In this document: positions 44,837-52,513 of the stretch, piece by piece
Layout of the letters: the number at the start of each line of letters is the position of its first letter
Position numbering within the stretch: the stretch's first letter is position 1
Source of the DNA: Candidatus Babeliales bacterium
Lineage (GTDB): Bacteria > Babelota > Babeliae > Babelales > RVW-14
Reading direction: 5' to 3'
Assembly: GCA_019749895.1 (NCBI GenBank)
Contig: JAIEPG010000002.1
Coordinates: forward strand, 133,750-197,749
DNA: 64,000 nucleotides
Made by a program: the position numbers and the translations under genes
Notes under the pieces: model-generated
What the model was told of the DNA's origin: nothing
The model's database searches: none
What the model saw: the letters and a program-made list of their open reading frames with translations, nothing else

Positions 44837-45820
44837 ATGGACAACATAACTAATCCAGCAGCCGAACAAATTAAAGAACACAGTCTTAAATGGCAAACAC
44901 TCAAAAGTGAAATTCAAAAGGCTATTGTTGGTCAAGATTATGTTATTGATCGCGTTTTTATTGGCCTTTTGTGCGGCGGACACATTTTACTTGAAGGCGT
45001 ACCAGGCCTTGCAAAAACAACATTAATAAAAACAATTTCCCAAGCAATTGGTCTTGATTTTAAACGTATTCAATTTACGCCAGACCTTTTGCCAGCTGAC
45101 TTGCTGGGCACGCTGGTTTACAATCCAAAAACTCAAGAATTCCAGACCCGAAAAGGTCCAATTTTTACCAATCTCTTGCTGGCCGACGAAATCAACCGCG
45201 CCCCTGCCAAAGTACAGTCGGCATTGCTTGAAGCTATGCAAGAACGACAAATAACAATTGGCGACAACACATTTTATCTTGAAGACAACTTTTTGGTTTT
45301 AGCAACACAAAACCCGATTGACCAAGAGGGCACCTACCGCCTTCCTGAAGCACAGGTCGACCGGTTTATGTTTAAGCTCTTAATGGGCTACCCAACCATG
45401 CAAGAAGAAAAAGAGATTGTTTACAAAGCAAGCAACCCGCAAAAAATTACTACCGTTTTGGATAAAGAAGAAATTAACGCAGCAAAAAGTCTGGTCAACC
45501 AAGTTTATATCGACGACAAAGTTATTGAATACACTCTTAAACTTGTTTTTGCATCGCGCACACCACAAGACTTTAATTTGGATGATATTCATTTTTTCAT
45601 TCAGTACGGAGCCTCGCCCCGCGCAACATTGGCAATTAATCAAGCAGCTCGCGCTCATGCCTTTTTACGCAAACGCCACTTTGTAATTCCAGACGATGTT
45701 AAAGCAGTAGCTCCCGATATTTTGCGCCATCGTATTTTACTTACGTATGAAGCCGAGGCGGAAAATATTACCACCGACCAGATCATACAACAAATTTTAC
45801 GGACAATCCCAACTCCCTAA
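44837..45820 (+). CDS. MoxR-family AAA+ ATPase
   Basis: Walker A EGVPGLAKT, Walker B LLADEINRAPAKVQSALLEAMQE, and GASPRA in the C-terminal lid. 327 aa, typical MoxR size. Confidence 0.9.
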   Translation: MDNITNPAAEQIKEHSLKWQTLKSEIQKAIVGQDYVIDRVFIGLLCGGHILLEGVPGLAKTTLIKTISQAIGLDFKRIQFTPDLLPADLLGTLVYNPKTQEFQTRKGPIFTNLLLADEINRAPAKVQSALLEAMQERQITIGDNTFYLEDNFLVLATQNPIDQEGTYRLPEAQVDRFMFKLLMGYPTMQEEKEIVYKASNPQKITTVLDKEEINAAKSLVNQVYIDDKVIEYTLKLVFASRTPQDFNLDDIHFFIQYGASPRATLAINQAARAHAFLRKRHFVIPDDVKAVAPDILRHRILLTYEAEAENITTDQIIQQILRTIPTP

Positions 45821-45870
45821 CAGCAAGCCCAGCGCACTACGAGATGTATGGAGGTTTTATTATGTTTTGC

Positions 45871-45900
45871 TTGACAGACAAGAAATGGTAACAGTATCTT
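45871..45900 (+). promoter_or_regulatory. Candidate sigma70-type promoter of the secretin operon
   Basis: TTGACA-N18-TATCTT lies about 27 nt upstream of the gspC-like ATG (RBS AAGAGGA at 45910-45916). This is a sequence match only. Confidence 0.3.
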
Positions 45901-45926
45901 CGTAGTCTAAAAGAGGATATTTGGCT

Positions 45927-47231
45927 ATGAAGCAGCAATTATGGATACTGAACAGTTCACTCCTGGCAACTTTTTTTGCAATTTTAGTAATTGCAAAGCT
46001 TTTAAAGGTAGAACCACCTCGAGTTCGCATGAGACGAAGCTTTGCAGAAAAAATTGAAAAAAAAAAAGAAACACTCCCTGCATCATCATGGGAAAAAATT
46101 TATCAAAACGACGTATTTAAAACATACGTAGCCAAAGAATTTAAACCAGAAAAGGTTTCTTTGGTAACCCCAATCCCCGAACCTACTTCCCCAGAAGTCA
46201 AACCAGCTCCCGAACCTAAAAAACAAGAATTTATTGATGCGCTCAACATAACCCTCAAAGGTATCATTATATCTTCCGACGAACTTAAAAGCGTTGTTAT
46301 GATTGAAGATGAAACCCAAAAAGAGGGGCTTTATCATTTGGGGGACAAAGTTAAAGACGCACAAATTATTAAAATTTCTCGCAATCGCGTTGTATTATTA
46401 CGCGCCAACGGTCAACAGGAAGTATTCTTTTTGCGCAAAGACGACCCCGAGCTAGAGCTTGATGCGCAAGGCATGGACAAATGGCAGTATGTTGTTAAAA
46501 AAATTGACGATACTACCTACCATGTTGACCCTCATAATTTTAAACAAGCAATTGACTCACTGGGCAACTTTATTGAACGCGCCAGCATTGTTGGCACGGC
46601 ATACCAAAAGAATGTACCAATTGGCATTCGTGTGGGCGCTTTAGAAAAAGATGAGCTTGGGCACGCGCTTGGTTTGCAAAGTTATGATATAGTATTAGCC
46701 ATTAACGATATGAACACCGCCGATGTTAAAAATAGAATTAAAATTTACGATACCATTACCGCCATGAAGCTGAACAGCGAATTTACGGTAAAACTTAAAC
46801 GTAAAGAAGAAGATCTTGTTTATACGTATAAATTATCAACAATCAGCAAAGCAAAGAAAAAAATCTTCACCGGCAAAAAGCCAGACGAAGAAGGTAAGAA
46901 AAAAGAAGAAGCCGAAAAATTGAAAATGAGTAAAACGCAAGAACGTGAAAACTTAATTCGTGAATTCCGAAAACGGCACCCTCAAAATGACCAACGTTCA
47001 GCCATTGCAAAGATTAGACAGCGATTATTAGAAAATTTACGCGAACGCTTGAAAAATACTCGCACACGAGCACAAGATAGGCCTAACGATAGAACGCGAG
47101 GCAACAACCAAGCACCAAGCAACAACGGACCAGTAAAACAACAGAGCGCTCAAGCACAATCTGAAAGCACCAAGCAGCAGACAGCGCCCTCAGCGCCAGC
47201 ACAACAAGCGACCACACAAAAGAAAAAATAA
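45927..47231 (+). CDS. GspC-like protein (TM anchor + HR/PilP-like domain + PDZ) with a long charged tail
   Basis: N-terminal TM helix (LWILNSSLLATFFAILVIAKLL), an HR-like beta domain (ITLKGIIISSDELKSVVMIEDETQKEGLYHLGDKV..AQIIKISRNRVVLL) and a PDZ-like segment (GIRVGALEKDELGHALGLQSYDIVLAINDMN). The last ~130 aa are K/E/R/Q-rich. Confidence 0.65.
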   Translation: MKQQLWILNSSLLATFFAILVIAKLLKVEPPRVRMRRSFAEKIEKKKETLPASSWEKIYQNDVFKTYVAKEFKPEKVSLVTPIPEPTSPEVKPAPEPKKQEFIDALNITLKGIIISSDELKSVVMIEDETQKEGLYHLGDKVKDAQIIKISRNRVVLLRANGQQEVFFLRKDDPELELDAQGMDKWQYVVKKIDDTTYHVDPHNFKQAIDSLGNFIERASIVGTAYQKNVPIGIRVGALEKDELGHALGLQSYDIVLAINDMNTADVKNRIKIYDTITAMKLNSEFTVKLKRKEEDLVYTYKLSTISKAKKKIFTGKKPDEEGKKKEEAEKLKMSKTQERENLIREFRKRHPQNDQRSAIAKIRQRLLENLRERLKNTRTRAQDRPNDRTRGNNQAPSNNGPVKQQSAQAQSESTKQQTAPSAPAQQATTQKKK

Positions 47232-47248
47232 AAAGGAAGTAATTCCAC

Positions 47249-50200
47249 ATGAAAGAAAATAGGAACCAAGTAACCATGATTATTATCTTTTTCATGGCCT
47301 TACTAACCTTTACCACTTCAACAACCTGGCTAACCGCCATGCCGCCAGCAGCACCCGAAACTACTTCTGAAGAAGAAGAAGAGGTAGTAACTGCAGAGCC
47401 AGAAACTGACGATACAGCACCAACTGACAAACCTGAAGTTGGGGCTGAAGCTGAAGAAGCAACAGAACCAACAGACGAAACTGCCAACGAACCAGAAGAA
47501 GCGGCAGAGCCTGAAAAAACAGCAAAAAAGAAAAAAAAAGAAAAAAAAGTTGGCATGCCTGAGGCTGACGAAGAACCAGACATCGAACCCGCACCAGAGG
47601 ATCTTGAAGAGCTTGAAGAACCCTATCGAGAAAATACTGAAAAAGATCAAGAAGAAGCTGCCACAGAAAGCGAAGAACAAAATATTTATCTCAATTTTGA
47701 CAACACCGAGCTTTCAAATTTTATTAACTACATGGCGGACCTGAAAAAAATTAACTTAATCCCTGACAAGTCACTTGAAGGTAATAAAGTTTCGCTCACA
47801 ATTCGCGAACCACTCACCGTTGACGGGGCATGGAACATCTTTTTAACCGTTTTGGAAATGGCAGGCTTTAGCATTATTAAAGTTGGCGACGTTCACAAAA
47901 TTGTTCCTAAAGACCAAAAATTAACCCAGCCTCTGCCGTCCTTCATAAACGTCCCGGCAGACAGCCTGCCCGACAGCGATCTTTTGATTCGTTATGTTAT
48001 TTTCCTTGAAAACATTAAGGTTGAAAGCTTAACCGATCTCTTAAAAAGCATGCTGAGTATGACATCAGACGCTATTCCCCAAAATGATGTAAACGGCTTT
48101 ATTATTACCGACAAAGCATACAACATTAAAGCTGCTGTCAAACTGATTCAAGAACTTGACCAAACCGGCGAACTTGAAACCGTTGAAGTAATTCGCTTAA
48201 AACAAGCAAATGCTGAAGATGTTAAAACGTTGCTCAATTCATTAATTGAGCAACCTGAAGGCGGCGCTGGTGCGCTAGCCCGCTTGCTGGGCAAAGCATC
48301 TGAGGGAACCACTAAATACTTCCCTGCTGGCACTAAAATTATTGCAGAACCACGGACTAACTCTATTATTTTGATGGGCGCTCCAGGACCTATAAAAAAA
48401 ATAGAAGAATTTATTATTAACAATGTGGACACTACCCTCAAATCTGCCGCATCACCGCTTCATATTTTTGAATTGCAATATGCCGATGCCACACAAATTG
48501 CCGAAATTTTACAAGCGGTTACCGCCCCACCAGAAGGCGGACCTGGCCAACAAGCAACACAATACGGGGCTATTCGAGGCGGCGTAAAGTATTTTAAAAG
48601 TATGAAATTTTCGGTCGACAAAGAAGGCAACCGTTTAATTGTTTCAAGTACCGACAAAGAAGATTGGCACCTGCTCAAAAAAACAATACAAGATTTAGAT
48701 AAACCACAACCACAAATTGCCGTAGAAACATACATAGTTTCAGTAAACGCCGACGACGTTAAAGGTTTTGGCGGCATGTTACGCAATAAAAAACATGGCC
48801 AAATTGGTAATCACCTTGATTTTCAGTCAACGCCATTGACCGGAAATTCTGAACTAGAATACGACAGTGCTTCAAAACCGGTCAGCTTACTCGGTAATTT
48901 ACTCAACCAACTAGTTGCAAATCAAGGAGCTTCGTTGCTCACTATTGGTAAAGCCAGCAATATTTGGTCAGTATTCCAAGCAATAAATTCAGTTACTAAT
49001 GCTACTATTCTTACCCAACCATTCTTAACAGTTGCCAATAAAAAGAAAGCTTCGTTAGCTGTTGGCCGCACGGTCAGAGTAATTCAAGAACAAGCTGGCG
49101 ATGCCAAAGGTTTTGTCCCTATCGATGCTTCAACAAAAATTGATGTTGAGCCACAAATCAACCTTGATGGCATTATCAAAATGAATATCCAAACCACCAT
49201 CGAAGATTTTACTAATCCAGAATTGGGAAACAAGCAAATTAAAAAACTTGATACTAATGTTACCATTGCCGACGGGCAAGTACTGGTACTTGGTGGCTTT
49301 GTTCAAACAAAAGTTGAAGAAAGCAATGCAAAAACACCGCTTCTTGGCGATATTCCCATTGTTGGATGGCTGTTCAAAAATCAAAGCAGAAAAATTACCC
49401 GTACCTACATTTTTATTTTTATGTGCCCAACCATCATAAAACCGCGCCAACTGCCAGGCATGGAACTTTATACCAAAATGAAACTTCATGACGTAACTAA
49501 AGATATTGAAGAAAGCATACAAACAACCCACAGCCGTGATCCTATTTTCAACTGGTTCTTTAATCCAAAAAGCGGCAAGTATGCTGAAAATTATTCTCAT
49601 AAAGTTATCGATTTTGCCAATGCGCGCTATCAACCAACAACCGTTGATATTAAAAATGATTCATTTTATAGATCGTACACACAACGAGAAGAACTTGCCG
49701 GCAGTGATACCAATGAAGATTTAGTAAACCCGGAGCAAACACTCGCAGAAACACCAAGAACCTCAATGCCGGAATCAGCGACGAGTAATCAAGAAAAACT
49801 TGTTAAAGAACCAATACTACCCACAACACCCCGCCAACGTGCACCACAACCAGAACAACAATCTAAAATAACAGAAAAGAAAACACTGGCTGAGCAGGTT
49901 GAAAAATCTGAACAAAAGCCACGCAAATCAATGATGTCGAACAAAAACCTTGAAAACCGTCGACAAAAATTAAAAAATATTATTTCGGAAGAATTTGCCG
50001 GAAAAACATCAGAGCCGGTAAAGAAAAATACAGTCAAGGCTGCACTTAAAAATGAGTCACTCAAAGAGTTTATAGCCCCACAGTCCAAACGAGAGCAACT
50101 CAAAAAAGTACTTGATACAGAAAATGTTGCTCCTACGGCCAACCGAGCATCTTCAGAACCAGAAGAAAATCAACGTAAACGAAGAAGCCTCAAAGAGTTT

Positions 50201-50269
50201 TTTTCACAAAACCAACCCATAAAAAGACGCAAACCAACAACAACTGACCTAGAGGAAGAATTGGCATGA
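47249..50269 (+). CDS. Secretin A (GspD/PilQ family) with an acidic N-terminal region and a ~270-aa C-terminal extension
   Basis: An N0 domain (NIYLNFDNTELSNFINYMADLKKINLIPD...VSLTIREPLTVDGAWNIFLTVLEMAGFSIIKVGDVHKIVP), N1-N3-like repeats and a secretin core (VLVLGGFVQ...TPLLGDIPIVGWLFKNQ...IFIFMCPTIIKP) are present. Confidence 0.9.
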   Translation: MKENRNQVTMIIIFFMALLTFTTSTTWLTAMPPAAPETTSEEEEEVVTAEPETDDTAPTDKPEVGAEAEEATEPTDETANEPEEAAEPEKTAKKKKKEKKVGMPEADEEPDIEPAPEDLEELEEPYRENTEKDQEEAATESEEQNIYLNFDNTELSNFINYMADLKKINLIPDKSLEGNKVSLTIREPLTVDGAWNIFLTVLEMAGFSIIKVGDVHKIVPKDQKLTQPLPSFINVPADSLPDSDLLIRYVIFLENIKVESLTDLLKSMLSMTSDAIPQNDVNGFIITDKAYNIKAAVKLIQELDQTGELETVEVIRLKQANAEDVKTLLNSLIEQPEGGAGALARLLGKASEGTTKYFPAGTKIIAEPRTNSIILMGAPGPIKKIEEFIINNVDTTLKSAASPLHIFELQYADATQIAEILQAVTAPPEGGPGQQATQYGAIRGGVKYFKSMKFSVDKEGNRLIVSSTDKEDWHLLKKTIQDLDKPQPQIAVETYIVSVNADDVKGFGGMLRNKKHGQIGNHLDFQSTPLTGNSELEYDSASKPVSLLGNLLNQLVANQGASLLTIGKASNIWSVFQAINSVTNATILTQPFLTVANKKKASLAVGRTVRVIQEQAGDAKGFVPIDASTKIDVEPQINLDGIIKMNIQTTIEDFTNPELGNKQIKKLDTNVTIADGQVLVLGGFVQTKVEESNAKTPLLGDIPIVGWLFKNQSRKITRTYIFIFMCPTIIKPRQLPGMELYTKMKLHDVTKDIEESIQTTHSRDPIFNWFFNPKSGKYAENYSHKVIDFANARYQPTTVDIKNDSFYRSYTQREELAGSDTNEDLVNPEQTLAETPRTSMPESATSNQEKLVKEPILPTTPRQRAPQPEQQSKITEKKTLAEQVEKSEQKPRKSMMSNKNLENRRQKLKNIISEEFAGKTSEPVKKNTVKAALKNESLKEFIAPQSKREQLKKVLDTENVAPTANRASSEPEENQRKRRSLKEFFSQNQPIKRRKPTTTDLEEELA

Positions 50270-51966
50270 TAAAAAAAATATTCTTTCCTGCAAAAGTTGG
50301 TTCCCGTCGTCTGTATCCGGAATATATTCTTGGTGTTTCAATTGACGAACACAAAGTCTATGGTGCTCTTGTGTATGCTAAAAGTTCTCAAAATTTTGTT
50401 GAAAATTTGTTTGAGCAAACTATAGAAAAACAAGAAAACAATACGCACGAGCAAGCAACAGCACAGGCATTAAAAAAACTTGTTGCTGAGGTAAAAAATT
50501 ATGATCAGCTCAACGTTGCCATACCCTCTTCAATTGTTGTCTTTAAAGAACTTGAAGTGCCGTTTATTGATGAAGACAAAATACGCATGGTGCTTGAGTA
50601 CGAAATTGAAGAAAAATTACCTTTCTCAGTCAATGATGCGGTTGTTGATTTTATTATCACTAAAAAAAATAAAAGTCTTAATACTTCGCAAATTTTGGTG
50701 GCAGCCGTACGAAACCAAGACCTTCAAACTATTATTGATATTTACACAGCAGCTGACATTGCGCCACATCATATAACCATTGATTTATTTGCGCTGTACG
50801 GACTTTACTTGCAAATGCCAGAATTTAACAATAACGAAGAAACCAACGCACTGATTGAGCTTGATTTACATTCATCACGCATATCTCTGATCCACCACAA
50901 TGAACTGCGCATGACACGCCATGTCCCACGGGGTATTGCCACCGTTGCACAAGAAGTAAGCAAAGAAATTAATATACCGGTAGAAAAGACACTTGAAAAA
51001 TTGTTTAAATTTGGCCTCAAGCCAACCGGCGATGATACGTTTGATAAAAGCTTGCAGCAACATATGATCAATTTTTTTTATGATATTCAGTTTACGCTTA
51101 ATTCATTCAGTCTTAAACTGACTAGCTACAAAGGTATTAATAAGCTTTTATTTTGCGGACAAGCGGTAACTATTAATAACCTAATGCGCTTTTGTGGCGA
51201 TTTAATGCAACTACCCTGCATCATTTTTGATCCTTCCAATATCTTTACCAACAAAAGTATTAAGAAAAAACGCTTCAAACAAGAAACTATTGAATGGCAT
51301 GAATATGCAACCGTTTTGGGCGTTGCCTTGGTACCACCAGCACACGAACATTTTGACTTGCGCCGTAAAAAGTTTGAGTTAATTGATTATTCTTTAATCA
51401 AGAAGCAACTTATTGCCGGCCTTGTTTTAACGCTCGTACTTTTTACCACCATCAGTGTGCAAGGGTATTTTCAAATGAGCACCTTGGCCGCAACAGCCAA
51501 CGATCTTGAAAGTCATGAAATTGGTAAAATTATTGATATGATCCCGCGCCAAGACCGCCCGCGCACCAAGCAACTTAACCCAGTAATTGCACGAGCCGAA
51601 AAAGTTTTAAATGAAAAAATAGAACTCTGGGCGCCTTTTAAAAAAGAACGCATTCAACCGCTGGAAATATTACTCGAACTGACCAGCATTATGGACAATA
51701 AATTATTTATGATTGATGTTGAAGGCATAACTATTGATACAGCAGCACGAGGGTCTGATACGTTAAAAGTAGAAGTTGATGGTTACTTTAAATCTAAAAA
51801 GGGAACCGGTTCCCACTTTGCAGAATTTACCGAACTACAAAGACGGTTTGACAGCTCTAACCTGCTTAAGCCAGCAAAATACACCGAACACCCTGCTGGC
51901 GAAAAAGGCATCCAATTTAATGTTGAATTAAAAAAACATGACGAAGCTGGCGAAGAACAAGTATGA
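50266..51966 (+). CDS. PilM::PilN fusion (GspL-like): cytoplasmic actin-like domain + TM + periplasmic domain
   Basis: A PilM-like pattern is present (LGVSIDEHKVYG..., VAIPSSIVVFKELEVPFIDEDKIRMVLEYEIEEKLPFSVNDAVVDF, ILVAAVRNQDLQTIIDIYTAADIAPHHITIDLFAL). It is followed by one TM helix (LIAGLVLTLVLFTTISVQGYF) and a ~170-aa periplasmic part. The start overlaps the secretin A stop by 4 nt. Confidence 0.7.
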   Translation: MIKKIFFPAKVGSRRLYPEYILGVSIDEHKVYGALVYAKSSQNFVENLFEQTIEKQENNTHEQATAQALKKLVAEVKNYDQLNVAIPSSIVVFKELEVPFIDEDKIRMVLEYEIEEKLPFSVNDAVVDFIITKKNKSLNTSQILVAAVRNQDLQTIIDIYTAADIAPHHITIDLFALYGLYLQMPEFNNNEETNALIELDLHSSRISLIHHNELRMTRHVPRGIATVAQEVSKEINIPVEKTLEKLFKFGLKPTGDDTFDKSLQQHMINFFYDIQFTLNSFSLKLTSYKGINKLLFCGQAVTINNLMRFCGDLMQLPCIIFDPSNIFTNKSIKKKRFKQETIEWHEYATVLGVALVPPAHEHFDLRRKKFELIDYSLIKKQLIAGLVLTLVLFTTISVQGYFQMSTLAATANDLESHEIGKIIDMIPRQDRPRTKQLNPVIARAEKVLNEKIELWAPFKKERIQPLEILLELTSIMDNKLFMIDVEGITIDTAARGSDTLKVEVDGYFKSKKGTGSHFAEFTELQRRFDSSNLLKPAKYTEHPAGEKGIQFNVELKKHDEAGEEQV

Positions 51967-52502
51967 TGGAATTTTTTACTCATTTTACCAATTTTATTGC
52001 CCACCTAGCGCCCAAGCAGCTCAAAAAATATCTATTGGGCGTTTTGCTCATTGTTGGCTTGCTAACCATTTCACTTAAATATTTTATTTACACCAAAAGT
52101 CACGATCTGGTTACACGCATTAAACGACTTGAAAAGCTTGATGGCAAAATAAGCGACATGCAAGATAAATACGAAATGTTGCTGGGGGAAGAAGAGCGCA
52201 TTCAAGGGCTTTTAAACAAACACAAAGATTTTAATATTAAAAGTTACTTTGAAGCTTTTTATAAAGAACAACATATCTCGCCAGAAGCGGGATGGGACAC
52301 CGACGTACGTTCAATTAATGAAAAATTTGATGAAATTGCATTGTCAGCAACGTTTAAAGATCAAACAACAGAAAAATTAGTAAAAATCCTTGAAGAAATC
52401 GAAAAAAAAGAAATACTGTCAGTGAAAAGCTTGAACGTTAAAACCGATAAAGATAAAAAAATTAGTTTCGATATAGTAATTGCCACGATTAAAGCTAAGT
52501 AA
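51963..52502 (+). CDS. PilO/GspM-like bitopic membrane protein
   Basis: The 179-aa protein has an N-terminal TM helix (LLGVLLIVGLLTISLKYFIY), a coiled-coil segment and a small C-terminal alpha/beta domain. The call rests on position and architecture only. The start overlaps the upstream stop by 4 nt. Confidence 0.5.
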   Translation: MMEFFTHFTNFIAHLAPKQLKKYLLGVLLIVGLLTISLKYFIYTKSHDLVTRIKRLEKLDGKISDMQDKYEMLLGEEERIQGLLNKHKDFNIKSYFEAFYKEQHISPEAGWDTDVRSINEKFDEIALSATFKDQTTEKLVKILEEIEKKEILSVKSLNVKTDKDKKISFDIVIATIKAK

Positions 52503-52513
52503 GGAAACGGCCA

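Noticed and set aside
45821-45926. Sigma54 (-24 GG / -12 GC) promoter upstream of the secretin operon, expected because of the nearby NtrC-like regulator
   Set aside because: No TGGCAC-N5-TTGC-like element is visible. The only TGG (45886) is not followed by a GC at the right spacing. A sigma70-like TTGACA-N18-TATCTT is present instead, consistent with the regulator lacking GAFTGA.
47083-47744. Four overlapping ORFs (77-166 aa, both strands) over the end of gspC-like and the start of secretin A
   Set aside because: They are produced by the purine-rich GAA/GCA/AAA repeat composition, which is stop-free in several frames. Their translations are pure low-complexity (poly-S/F/L/K). The secretin frame continues into conserved domains.
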